Shown here: positions 50,775-63,822 of the stretch, one piece after another
Layout of the letters: each line of letters begins with the position of its first letter
Position numbering within the stretch: position 1 is the first letter of the stretch
Assembly: GCF_006345805.1 (NCBI RefSeq)
Contig: NC_043009.1
Span: 20,274,001-20,338,000, forward strand
Source: Octopus sinensis
Taxonomy: Eukaryota
Length of the DNA stretch: 64,000 bases
Reading direction: 5' to 3'
Made by a program: the position numbers and the translations under genes
Notes under the pieces: generated by a model
Database searches by the model: none
What the model was told of the DNA's origin: nothing
Seen by the model: only the letters and a program-made list of their open reading frames with translations

Positions 50775-52020
50775 TAGTTTTATTTTTATAGCGTGCTTTC
50801 ACTTCACTACCGAGCGCAGCTCTGTGTGCCTTGGGTATGTGCTGTGATTTGTTGTGATGCTCTGATGGTTATTGTATGGAAAGTATTCTGCGTAGGATGT
50901 GTGCAGTGCCTAGTAGTGCAATTTTCTGTATGTTATATGTGTTTGTAAGTCCTGGTGTTTTTGTTATGTATTTGTCTGAATATTTTTTTATCATGCCTAA
51001 TGCACCTACTATGATAGGAATTGTTTCTGTTTTCAGGTTCCACATTCTAGTTACCTCTATTTCCAGGTCTTTGTATTTTGAGAGTTTCTCCATTTCTTTT
51101 AGAGACACGTTGTCATCTGCCGGTATTGATACATCAATTAGAAAGCATTTTTTTTCTTCATGATCTCTGACAACTATATCTGGTCTGTTGGCCTTTATTT
51201 CTCTATCTGTGTGTATCGGCATATCCCAGTGTATGGTTGCTTTCTCGTTTTCTGTGACCTTTTCTGGTGTGTGCCTATACCATCTTTTTTCTGTTGTTAT
51301 TCCATAATGTTGGCATAGCTTCCAATGTATGTAGGTTCCAACTCTGTCATGTCTGTGAATATATTCCTTCTTAGCCAGGACTGGGCAGCTAGAGATAATA
51401 TGATTTATTGTTTCTTGTCCATCTCCACATATTCTGCAGTTACTTGTAATATTTCTTTTCATTACATGTTTTTGGTAATTTCTGGTGGGGAGGCTTTGGT
51501 CTTGTGCTGCAATTAAAAATCCCTCTGTTTCTGCTTTGAGTCCTGAGCTTCTCAACCATTGCTGGGATTTTTCTTTGTCTATTTCTTTTGCGTTTAGTTT
51601 AGTGCAGTATTTACCATGAAGGGGCTTTTCTTGCCATCGTTTTATCATGGCTCGTTGCTGTTCTATTTTTAGTTTGGATTTCATTTGTTTTATAGCTTTT
51701 GTTGTTTCTTCATCATCTTCTTCTTCTTCTTTGTGTTTATTAGGTGGTATGATTTCTTGTTTGTATTTGTCAGCTTCCTTAAATACTGAGAACAGTTTTT
51801 TGTTTTGCTCGTGTTTTGCTGCTATCTGGATCAGTTTTCCTTCCTTCTGAAGTAGGTATTTTTGCAGTCCTATGGTGGTTATTTTATAGTAGTTTTCCAG
51901 CTGTATAAGGCCTCTACCACCTTCTATACGTTGTATATATAGTCTTTCTATGTCAGATTTTGGGTGATGCATCCTAGATCCTGTCAGTATTTTTCTTGTT
52001 TTCCTATCTATTTTGGACAG
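50772..52020 (-). mobile_element. R4/Dong-clade copy B (5'-truncated, about 1.25 kb), head-to-tail with copy A across (TAA)n
   Basis: 367-aa open frame nearly identical to the 3' part of copy A; about 10 differences counted by eye. Confidence 0.95.
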
Positions 52021-52032
52021 TTATTATTATTA

Positions 52033-52093
<61 letters not shown>

Positions 52094-52152
52094 CATTATT
52101 ATTACTATTACTATTATAATTATTACTATTACTATTAATATTATTACTATTA

Positions 52153-52193
<41 letters not shown>

Positions 52194-52195
52194 AA
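52021..52195. repeat. (TTA)n microsatellite flanking the R4 cluster; also 47451-47508, 48058-48148, 50709-50771
   Basis: Seen directly. Confidence 0.97.
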
Positions 52196-52964
52196 CAATA
52201 ATGATTTCTTTATTAACCACAAGAATAATGTACACCCACTTGTACACCCCACAACATTTATTTTATAATCTCATAAAGCATATTATAATGACATCAAATA
52301 CTTATGAAAAGTGGTTAGCCATTAACTGAAACGTGACTGACAGCTAATATAGTACCTGCCCCGATAATAATAGTCCCTCCAGACTCATTTTCATATATAC
52401 AAATATATAGATGTGTGTGTGTGTGTACATATATGTATGTGTATATGTAAAAAGATAGATAGATAGATAAGCAGATAGACGGATAGGGAGATAAATAGAT
52501 ATTTATATATATATTGTTATAGTTATTGTTATTAGTATTATTATTTTTATTGTTGTTGTTGTTAATAAGGTGGTGAATAACAGAATCCATTAGCACCCTG
52601 AACAAAATGCTTAGCAGCAACTCTATGTTTTGAGTTCAAATTCTGCTGAGGTCAACTTTACCTTTCCTCCTTTCATGGTTGACAAAATAAAGTACCAGTT
52701 AAGTACTGGGATCAATGTAATCAACCCTAAAAATTGGTGGCCTTGAGCCAAAATTCTTTTACTTGTTTCAGTGATTAGACTGCAGCCATGCTGGAGCACT
52801 GCCTTGAACAATTGATTTTAGTTGAATGAATTGACCTCAGTATTTATTTTTTTTGGTAAGCCTGGTTCTTATTCTATTGAATTCTTTTGCCAAACTGCTA
52901 AGTCACAGGACATAAACACACCAACACTAGTTGTTGAGCAGCAGTGAGGGACAAAGACACAAAG

Positions 52965-53071
<107 letters not shown>

Positions 53072-53400
53072 CACACACACATATATACAACAGGCTTCTT
53101 TCAGTTTCCATCTACTAAATCCACTCACGAGGCTTTGGTTGGCCTGAGGCTATTGTAGAAGACACTTGCTCAAGGTACTATGCAGTGGAACAGAACCCAG
53201 AACCTTGTGGTTGGGAAGCAAGCTTCTTATCACACACCCACAAATAATTGTTATGATTATTATTAATTCCCCTAAAGTTGACTTTGCCTTTCATCCTTTC
53301 AGAGTTGATAAAATAAGTACCAGTTGTGTACTGGGGTTAATGTAATCAATTAACCCCTCCCCTCAAAATTTTCAGGCTTTGTACCTGTAGCAGAAAGGAC

Positions 53401-53460
<60 letters not shown>

Positions 53461-54395
53461 GCCAGGGTCAACTTTGCCTTTCATCCTTTTGGGGTCAATA
53501 AATTAAGTACCAGTGATACACTGAGGTCGATGTAATCAACTTGTCCTCTCCTCACAAATTCCAGGCCTTGTGCATTTTGGAGAAAGGATTATTATTATTT
53601 TTATCATTATTATTATTATTATTAATGATAATTATAATAACAATATTCCAAGGGCAGTGCTTTGACAGGATGGTTAGAGTCCTGAGCAAAATGTCTTGCA
53701 GTAATTATTCCAGTGCATTACACTGGGAGTTCAAATTCTGCTGAAGTCAACTTCCCTTTGCATCTCTCCAGGGTTAATAAAATGAAGAACCATTTGAGTG
53801 CTGTGGTTGAAATAATCAACCAACTTCTGGCCAATAGCAATTATTATTTTATGAAAGTGTGTGTGTTTGTTTGCGTATGTATGTGAGTCTGAGAGGGAGA
53901 GAAAATGAGAGAGGAGGAAAAGAAGTGAGAAAAAAATATCAAAGAAAAAAGCCAGATGAAGAATGAGATAAATTTTTTTTTTTTTTATGTTGAATTTTAA
54001 AAAAATTCTAAAGTTCTATTTTCAGAGAAAACAATTTGTATTTGTTTGTAATTAGTTTGAAAAATTTGATAACAATATTTGTGAGAATGGTAGAGAATGT
54101 CTGTCTGTTCCAGCAGCTGATAATACTGATTCTTCCCCTCTTACCTACTGGTGTGTGTACGTATGTGTGTAGATGTGTGTGTGTGTCTGTATGTGTAAAG
54201 ATACACCCATGACGCATGCATCTTTCTGGCTGAGGTAGAATCAGGTTTGGCACTGGGGGTAGATTCTTGCAGAAGGACAACACACAGCTGACTGCTTTCC
54301 TTCAATTCTTTACAACTTATGGTATTCTCTTCAAAGCTGGGTTCTTATTCAAAATATATTTGAAGCAAAATAGATAACAAACACCAGACGTGTGT

Positions 54396-54447
<52 letters not shown>

Positions 54448-56000
54448 TATATACTCACACACACACATTTATGATTGTATACCTTTTAAATGTTGGTATT
54501 TTATAAACACCATTCAACTACTGTTGAACTGCATAAATTCATAATAAATTAATGACGATGATGATGATGATGATGATGATGATGTTATGTGATATAACCA
54601 CTGCCTGAACCAAGTTTTACAACTTTCCATCCATCATGTTGAATGACTTTGAAAATTTCACTGCAAGAATGCGACATTTTTAGAGCACGCACTTTGATAA
54701 GGCTGAGGAATATGCTTCTATATTTTAGAGGCAAACCAATATTGAGTGATAAATATCATTTGAAACATGGTGGAATTAAATTTCCTTTTAAAATCCAGGT
54801 CTATTGTTCTATCAGGGAAAATATCTGAAGGAATTATGATTTCTAAATTCATTTTCTGGATTTTACCATTAAGTGGTTTTATACTGGATTATGGCATTAA
54901 AAATGAAAGGTTTGTAAACAACTTTTGTTTTCAGTAATTAAAATGTTTGGTGATTATATTTTTGTCATAACAGAGAAAGTAGGAATTATTGATATTAAGA
55001 ATCAGTTTTATTTTTGCAGGAAATTTTCTGATAAACTATTTCAGAGTCCCTCAAAAAATTATTTTGATTTTGTGAGAGTGATTTAAAGTAAATGAAATCT
55101 TCAAAATTGTATAATTAATCAGTATTGTTATCATATGATGTCATTTATATATCATTAAAAAAAAACCAGTTTAAATAATTAATAATATATGCAACTCCTG
55201 ACCAAATGTGTTGAGTGCCTCTTTCTTTTATTTGCCCTCTCACTCACTCATATATAAGTAGATACATAGAAACACATATATTTATCTATATACATACACA
55301 CACACATATAAATATATATATATATATATATGAATATATATATATATATGAATATGTGTATATATATATACACACACACATGTATATATATGTATATATA
55401 CATATATATATATACACACATACACATGCATGCACATATATATATATATATATATATTATTATTATTAATGATAATTATAATAACAATATTCCAAGGGCA
55501 GTGCTTTGACATATTGATATATATGTGTGTGTGTGTGTGGAGGCATAATGGCCCAGTGTTTAGGGGAGCGGACTTGTAGTTTCAATTCCCAGACCGTGCA
55601 TTGTGTGTTTTTATTGAGTGAAAACACCCAAAGCTCCACGATGCTCCGGCAGAGGATGGTGGTGAACCCTGCTGTACTCTTTCACTGCAACTTTCTCTCA
55701 CTCATTCTTCCTGTTTCTGTTGTACCTGTATTTCAAAGGGCCAGCCTTGTCACACTCTGAGTCACACTGAATCTCCCCAAGAACTACGTTAAGGGTACAT
55801 GTATCTATGGAGTACTCAGCCACTTACACATTAATTTCACAGCAGGCTGTTCTGTTGATCGGATCAACTGGAAACCTCTTAGTCGTAATTGATAAAGTAT
55901 CACGATATGATATATATATACATACATATATATATATATATATATACATATATATATTTACACACACACATATATATATACACACACACACATACATATA

Positions 56001-56237
56001 AGAGGGGTGACCACTAAGTGGATATTCATTATGCTAGAGGTAGATCCCATATGGTCTGACCACTAAGAAAAGATTGTTTTCAAGAAAATTCAAATATATT
56101 TTTTGTATCTTTTCATTTGTCTTGTTTGCTTACGTTCTGGTGTTTGCTGAATTTTCTTGAGAACAATCTTTTCTTAGTGGTCAACCATAGGGGTCGACTT
56201 CTAGCATAATGGATGTCCACTTAGTGGTCATCCCTCT
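56001..56237. mobile_element. MITE, 237 bp, about 90-bp imperfect TIRs, TA target duplication (Tc1/mariner-type)
   Basis: TA-AGAGGGGTGACCACTAAGTGGA ... TCCACTTAGTGGTCATCCCTCT-TA; arms 56001-56092 and 56148-56237; TGACCACTAAG occurs twice per arm. Confidence 0.88.
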
Positions 56238-56343
56238 TATACATATGTAATGTAATTTTTCTGAATCTTCAGATTTTCCAATATGCTAGGCCACTGGTTT
56301 TAAATTGATATTAATCAAATTAATATTCAATTTTTCACCCTTA

Positions 56344-56447
<104 letters not shown>

Positions 56448-56874
56448 ATATATATATATATATATACATTAGTATGTTATTTATATTCAGGTGCATGTGA
56501 GGCTGTATGGCTGTCATGTAAATGTATGTATGTATATATAGGTATGTTTGTGTGTGTGTGTATGTGTGTGTGTTTGTGTGTGTGTATGTGTTTGTGTTTA
56601 TGTGTGTGTGTATGTGTGTATATGTATGTGTGTGTGTGTTTGTGAGGAGAGGTGCCACTGTTTCTGTGTCGCTGCTTCTGTGGCTTGAGATCAGATGATA
56701 GCTGTAAATGAGTGTCACACCATGCAAGTTGTGTCCTTCTTTTTCAATATTCTGTGAAATCATGTCTGGTTCTGAGGTGAATATGACAGGAAGGGCATCC
56801 AGCTGTAAAAAATCCACTCTAACAGCTTCCCTCTGATGCATGGAAGAATAAACATTAAACAATGATGATAATGA

Positions 56875-56924
<50 letters not shown>

Positions 56925-57470
56925 GATAAATAAAACATATGCATATATATATATACATATATGTATGTACCTACCTCTACATGTATATATACTTGCATAT
57001 ATGGGTACAGGACACAATGAAAAACGAAAACATAAACACAAAACCAAGGAACTGGACATTTTTCTTAAACAACGAAAAAATAGAGTACAGGACAAATAAC
57101 ACCAGGAAAATTCCCCTTCTTCAGTCGCCATGGTTTCATCTACTCTGCGTTTTGAAACTTTCCTTCCCGTGAAAAGCAAATTAAATAAAATTTGAGATCT
57201 TTTTGCGGAGGGGTAAAAATGGTAACAAAAACAGGACAGTAACAACAGTACAAAATATAAACAGTAAAAGGCAGGACAAGGAGAATAACAATGTTAAGCC
57301 GAATGAGATAAAGCTATTTTTGAGAATGGTGAAGGAGCAACAGAAAATGCCGTCTACACTTGAAGGAAGCCAGGTCAGAAAGACAGTAGTAGGGCTCTCG
57401 TCGCGGGTCAATGACGGGAGGGAGGAGGAGGAGCAAGAGGAAGGGAGAAAAAAAGAAGGGAATGGTTGTA

Positions 57471-57501
<31 letters not shown>

Positions 57502-58435
57502 CGAGGGGGTACCCAAAAGTAACTGGAAACGTTCTTGATGGGACAAATTCATTGTAGTTCAGGCTTCTACCACTAGAAACCACTTGACTCAACCCTCAGG
57601 CATCAGATGAAGTTGTACTGCCACATGGTGTGTCTTTGTTTTGCAGTACTTCTCACCTGTTCATTTATTTTTGCAATGGCTGAAATGAAGGAACACCATG
57701 CTTCCATGAAACTCCATTTTTTGCTGGGGAAAATGGTGCCTGAAGCAGTTGCATGCTTCAAATAGATTACAAGGACACTGCCATGAGCAAAAGACAAGTT
57801 TACAACACGTTTTCATGCTTTAGGAATGGTCACTTGTTGCAAACAAATGAAAAGTGGGAATTATTGATATTAAGAATTAGTTTTATTTTTGCAGGAAATT
57901 TCCTGATAAATTATTTCAGAATCCCTCACAAAATTATTTTGATTTTGGGAGAGTGAAAACATGAAAATTCATTGGATGACCATTACCAAACAATTGACAA
58001 ACTTGTTGGTATGATTCGTGTGGCCTGGAGTTTGCGCCATAGAATTTTGAGCAAGGAATTGTGAATGAAAAGAGTTTTAACAAAATTTGTGCCTAATCTG
58101 CTGATGGAAGATCAAAAGCAGTCATTACTGAATGCGTGTCATGAACTGAAAGAACTGTTGGAAGTTGATCCAGACCATTTTTCAAAGATCATCATTGGTG
58201 ATGAAAGCAGGTGATACGGAACTTGCTGATGTGGAAGAGGTGAAGAAACACCAACAGAGATGTTAAAAGGCATCACTTCGCAAGAGTTCCAGCATTGCTC
58301 TGAATAATGGAAAACATGCCTGGACCGATGTATTGCTTGAAATGGAGAAAACCTGAAAGCAATAAAAAGGGTAAACATGTAAAACTAAATGAATAAATTA
58401 ACATTGCAAAATTCCAGTTTCTTTTGAGTGTCCCC

Positions 58436-58438
<3 letters not shown>
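57502..58438 (+). mobile_element. Internally deleted mariner remnant (irritans/Hsmar2-like by N-terminal pattern)
   Basis: TA-CGAGGGGGTACCCAAAAGTAACTGGAA ... TTCCAGTTTCTTTTGAGTGTCCCCTTC-TA. Residual MKLHFLLGK, YKDTAMSKRQVY, KFVPNLL, KIIIGDES motifs. Subfamily is inference. Confidence 0.8.
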
Positions 58439-58479
<41 letters not shown>

Positions 58480-58586
58480 TCCCGGTCGAACCGTCCAACC
58501 CATGCTAGCACGGAAAACGGATGTTAAACAATGATGATGATATATATCACAGAACAATACACTATATATATGTGTGTGTGTGTGTG

Positions 58587-58666
<80 letters not shown>

Positions 58667-59413
58667 CACATATCAGCTCTTCAACAGTTTTGACCAAAAT
58701 GCCACAGCCATTTGGAAAAGTGATGTCTCCATTACTTGTTGAATGCTCTCATTTCCCAGATCCAGGCGCTGAGCAGCAAATCTTCCAGCATTCAAATCTC
58801 TGACTAAACTGACTCTGTTGAAAGTCTTATCTGGTCAAAGTCCAATCTGGCAGAAAGTCCATTTTGGGCTGAAAGTCCAATTTGGTCCAAAAGTTTAGTT
58901 CTTCAATATTTCTTTCCAAGTGCTTCAATTCACAAATTTTGCAGAACTTTGAAACCTCGTAAATACAAAACTTCTCACTCTAACTTGGATCTAGTTTTAA
59001 ATGGAGTGAATTGAAAATATTTTTTGAATTCACAAAGTTTTGGTATTACTTTAAATTCAATTTAAATGAAAATCTTGTAAGTTCACAAATTTTGGGAGTT
59101 CTAAAATTTGAATTTTCAACTGTTAGCATATAACAAACAAATGCTCATCCAGACCTGAGCCCAATGCTGGATGTTCAAGAACCAAATGAAGGTCAGATTT
59201 TCAATCCCAAGATCGTTCTGATTCCAAAAAGGTATAATATGTCTATGTACAACAAATATAGACTGAGATACTGGGATCTCGGATGGATAGACATAGAATT
59301 TCATGTTTATTATAATGGATAAATTTATAAATATATTTATATGTGACCACGTGTGTATCGTTGGCGATTTTTTTTCCTCCATCTTCCCTTCCTTGGATCT
59401 TTCTTTTTTCTAT

Positions 59414-59448
59414 GTTTCTGATGAAGAGCTCCGCTCGAAACGTTAAAT
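59414..59448 (+). ncRNA. Putative minimal type I hammerhead ribozyme within an interspersed repeat (about 59340-59530)
   Basis: GTTT-CTGATGA-A-GAGC-TCC-GCTC-GAAA-CGTT-AAAT: core CUGAUGA and GAAA flank a perfect 4-bp stem II; palindromic AACGTT at helix III; weak stem I. Confidence 0.55.
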
Positions 59449-60137
59449 CCTCCTTTCTTTCCTTTCCTGAGCATCCAATAACACTGTACTTGTTCCACGA
59501 CCTCGCGTTGTTGTGTTTTCTCTTTGTGTTTTCATGTTTGGATTAACTTTATATATATATATATATTTGTATGTGGATACTCACACACACACGGACACAC
59601 CTGAAGCTAGTATACTCCACTGGATGTGCAATGCCAGTGTGCATGTATGGCAGAATGTAAGGGTCTTAAGAGAAAAATTGGGTGTAAGGGGGCATCAGAT
59701 ATAGTGTGCATGAGAGAAGACTTCACTGGCGTGGTGATGGGTATGGATGTGGACAGCTACATAAAGAAACGCCAATCTGTAACTGTGGACAGAACCTGCA
59801 GGAGAGGTAGATCCAGAAAGATGTGGGATGAGTTGGTGAAATATGATCTGTGAATGTTGAGAATCATGGAGGTGATGACACCTGACTGAAACTTCTGTCG
59901 ATTTCTTGTGCTTGAGAAGACATGTGAAGCTAAGTGAAATCAGAGCTGTGGCCAGTAGCAGTGGCACATATGTAGCACCACACATGTAGTTGGTGACATG
60001 TGTGAAGTTCTTGTGACTGGGGACACATGAAATGAACCTATGCCAGTGATATGTAAAATGTACACATTGTGGTGATAACGGAATATAGATAGATAGATAG
60101 ATAGATAGACAGAGAGAGATAGATAGATAGATAGATA

Positions 60138-61327
60138 TGTTTCTTTATTGGTCACAGAGGGCTGAACACAGAGGGGACAAAATACAAAGTAGAGCTTTTC
60201 TTTTTGGGAAGGAAAAAAAAGGGCAGAGGGGGTAGAATTTCGATCAAAAGGAATCATGAAAAAAATGGTGGGGGAAGCCGACCAATAGGGATCGTGTATC
60301 ACAGAAATGTTATAGTGTAAAATGGGAAGCAGACTAGGATTATCCGTGGAAAGAAAAGCCTACGGAAAAGACCACTGTAACCTTGGGCAATAATGTCGTG
60401 CAAAAAACACATTACAGTAAGCGACTCTCTTTTTTGCCATTCTTTTTCTGGTTCATAGGATTATGCTCAAGGTGGCTCCGTCATTCACACATGCCATCCT
60501 TGCTACATTCACCCATCTTTGTTTGAAATATTCACTAGACAAAACTTGTCTCTCTACTCTCACCTTTTTCTTCAAGTGATACTTGAAGAAGTTGATGAGA
60601 GATTGACCAGAGAGGAAAGTGTTTGTCTCTAGACCTTTCAGACATGTCCACCGTACACATTCCTTCACCATAGCCACAAGTACGATGAAAATGGCTCTTC
60701 CTTCCCGTTTCAAGGAAGGAGGCATGACAATATTCACGATAGACTCTGTTGATAAACTGACTCATCCTACACGTGATAGCAGTCGTTTGACATAGGCCCA
60801 CAGGTCAAAAATGGTTGGACACTGTACAAGTGTGTGCAGAATGGTTTCCTCGCTCTGACTGCATTATGGGTAGGTTGGCCCTGTATTTCTCGAGCCATGC
60901 CTGTAGAGCTTATCCTGAATGGGTAGTGCTTCTCGATAGCACTATCAGGCCAGTTGTACATAGGTCATGTCCCGAAAGTTGTCTTGAACAGGCAGGTCAG
61001 GTATTCCTCATCGACGCCCAGTTTCACTCCGAGATAGTCGTTGTACCTCCCCTCCACTAATCTCCTAAAGAATGCTTTGGTTGTGTTGCACTTGCTCAAG
61101 GTTGACCCAGGATGGCATAGTTGCTCAAGAACACCATGACACTCATTTTCCCTTCCTCAGCCTCTTTTTGATCCATGACTGCAGTTCAGTCATAGAGACA
61201 AGCTGCAGGAAAGCGTGCCTCACAAACAGCGACCACACCTATTCACCGTTGTCCATGTAAAGCCAGAGATGTCACAGTCTGCGCATCATCAACCATGGCA
61301 TGCCCAGTCCTCCTTTTAATGGGTGTT
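60138..61327 (-). mobile_element. Second 5'-truncated Tx1/L1-family copy, inverted relative to 45496-47340
   Basis: Homologous to 46080-47340 (KGGLGMPWLMMRR, MPPSLKREGRAIFIVLVAM, FFKYHLKKKVRVERQVLS); sense strand followed by (TATC)n. Confidence 0.9.
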
Positions 61328-61865
61328 AGATAGACAGACAGCCTTTCATCCTTTCAGGGTCAATAAATTAAGTACCAGTTACGCACTGGGGCAATCTAAT
61401 CGACTGGCCCCCTCCCCCAAAATTTCGGGCCTTGTGCCTAGAGTAGAAAAGAATATGAAGTTCTTGAGAAGACCCACCCACCTCAGTGAAACTGAGTCCT
61501 GGCGGCACTTTGTATTCCATCCACATCTAACATTAATTCACACACCCCACCCAAACCAACCAAACTACATCTCTTCTTCTTCAGGTACAATGCTTATCTC
61601 TCCCTCCATGTTTCTGTTGCCCAACACATCACTCCGTTATCTCTCTCTCCCTGTCCTCCTTTTACCACCTGTATCATTGCCATCCTGTTGCCACCCTCTG
61701 CTCCATACACCCGTGTTCCACCACTCACTGTATCTCTCCCTTCCCCTTCCCTCCTTCCTTTTGCATCTTTATGAACTTACTACTCATGCACCCTGGGCAC
61801 AATCCTCTACCATCCCATTTACATTCACATCCTTCTACCTTGAGAGTACGCCCTGGCACATCGCC

Positions 61866-61902
<37 letters not shown>

Positions 61903-63166
61903 TACTCTCACTCTCCCTTTCACTCTCTTTTGCTCTCCTCACTCTTTTCCTCTCACTGGGTAACCATGTATCTCCTCCCGCTGGCACACATCCACCTCCC
62001 CAACTTTTAGTTGAGGGACCTTTCATTTGCAAGTTACTGGGCACCTCACTGGTGTCGATGCCAAATAAAAATCATCCACTCTGTAAAGTTGTTGGTGTCA
62101 GGAAACACATCCAGCCTTGAAAACCATGCCAAGAGAGACAGCACAGTTTCCTGCAGTCTCCTGTCAAACTGTCCAGCCTTTGCCAGCATGGCAGTTGGAT
62201 GTTGAAGGGGATATATATATATATATATATATATAAGTGTGTGGCTGTGTGGTAAGAAGCTTGCAGGTTTAGTCCCACTGCATGGTACCGTGAGCAAGTG
62301 CTTTCTAGTATAGCGTCAAGCCATTGTGAATGGATTTGGTAGACAGAAACTGAAGGAGGCCCGTTGTATGTGTGTGTGTGTGTGTTTGTTTATCCCCCCA
62401 CCATCACTTGACAACCAATGTTGGTGTGTTTATGTCCCTGCAACTTAGTGGTTTCGCAAAAGAGACAGAGAAATATTACACACATTACACTCTCAGAGTG
62501 GTTGGCATTAAGAAGGACATCCAACCGTAGAAAACCATACTAAATCAGACTGGAGTCTGGTGCAGCCTTCCAGCTTGCCAGCCCTGGTCAAATCATCCAA
62601 CCCATGGACAACAGATGTTAAATGATTATGATGATGATGAAGGCAGCAAGCTGACAGAATCATTAGCATGCTACGTGAAATGTTTAGCGATATTTCATCT
62701 GTTGCTATGTTCTGAGTTCAAATTCCACCAAGAAACTTTGCTTTTCATCCTTCTGGGGTCAATAAATTAAGTACCAATGAAACACTGGGGTTGATGTAAT
62801 TGTCTAGTCCCCTCCCCCAAAATTGCAGGCCTTGTGCCTATAGTAGAAAGGATTATTATTATTGTCATTATCCTCTTCTTTCAATTTTGTTTCCATTTCT
62901 TGCCAAGTGCCTTCCCAACACCTAGGGCAAAGAAACTCACTGTAATCATTGGTAGGCCATTAAGATAAGCATGTATGTATGTATGTATGTTTATATAGAC
63001 ACACAGTTTATCTTAAGTGTAATGAGACACAATATGAATAGATCTCCAACTTGTTCAACCAACTTATTACCATTTAGTTTAGAGCAGAGATAAAACACTT
63101 CCCTCTTTAATAAATTCAATTAACCAGTATAGATGATATCAAACAAGCTAGACATTCATATCATCC

Positions 63167-63198
<32 letters not shown>

Positions 63199-63822
63199 GT
63201 TATTAGTATTATTAACCCAGACAGTGTTTATTTATAGTTTACAAACATTAGCTTTCTTCTTTTGTTTAAGAGGCCAAATTTCAATAAGGAAATTTCTGGA
63301 ACAATAAACTATGGAACTCAATACGTTTGTTGTTCTTAGGAACAATGAGAACAGTTTCAAGTCCCAGCAGTAACTTTGCAACACTTTTCACCCCACTGGG
63401 TTTTAATAAAACAGCAACAGGAAACATTACAGCAATATGAGATTAACTTATGGTGTTTAGTATTAAAATATCACTTGTTGTTGCTTAGCCTTAGGCCTGA
63501 TTAAACAGCATTAATATCAAAGGCAGTCCACCCATGACCATCCTATACATACATACAAACAAAAATACCTTGTTGTTGATGCTGAAATTGCAATGAAGGG
63601 GCCTTGGATCTAGGTTAGAAGCCGGCTCTTTCTCTATTGGCAAGAAATCTTGAAATAAAACTGAATAATGACATAAATACATGAATTTTAACAAAGGTTG
63701 AAAGTGACTTCAAAATTTCTCCTTGCTTGTTATCGTCAGATATCAAATTTATCAATTTGTCAATAAAAAAGGAACAAAGAAATCAATACATGTGGTAGAA
63801 GGTATTATTTATATAAATTATA

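Noticed and set aside
48149-52020. Host gene duplication suggested by two 370-aa ORFs
   Set aside because: Both are C-terminal parts of R4/Dong retrotransposons (CCHC + RLE) with 5' truncation and repeat tails.
54200-54270. Minus-strand candidate exon ESTPSAKPDSTSARKMHASW
   Set aside because: Weak donor, no homology.
57110-57175. Permuted (type II) hammerhead: AAAAC-GCAGA-GTA...CTGAAGAAGG on the minus strand
   Set aside because: GAAA box mutated and stem I cannot form.
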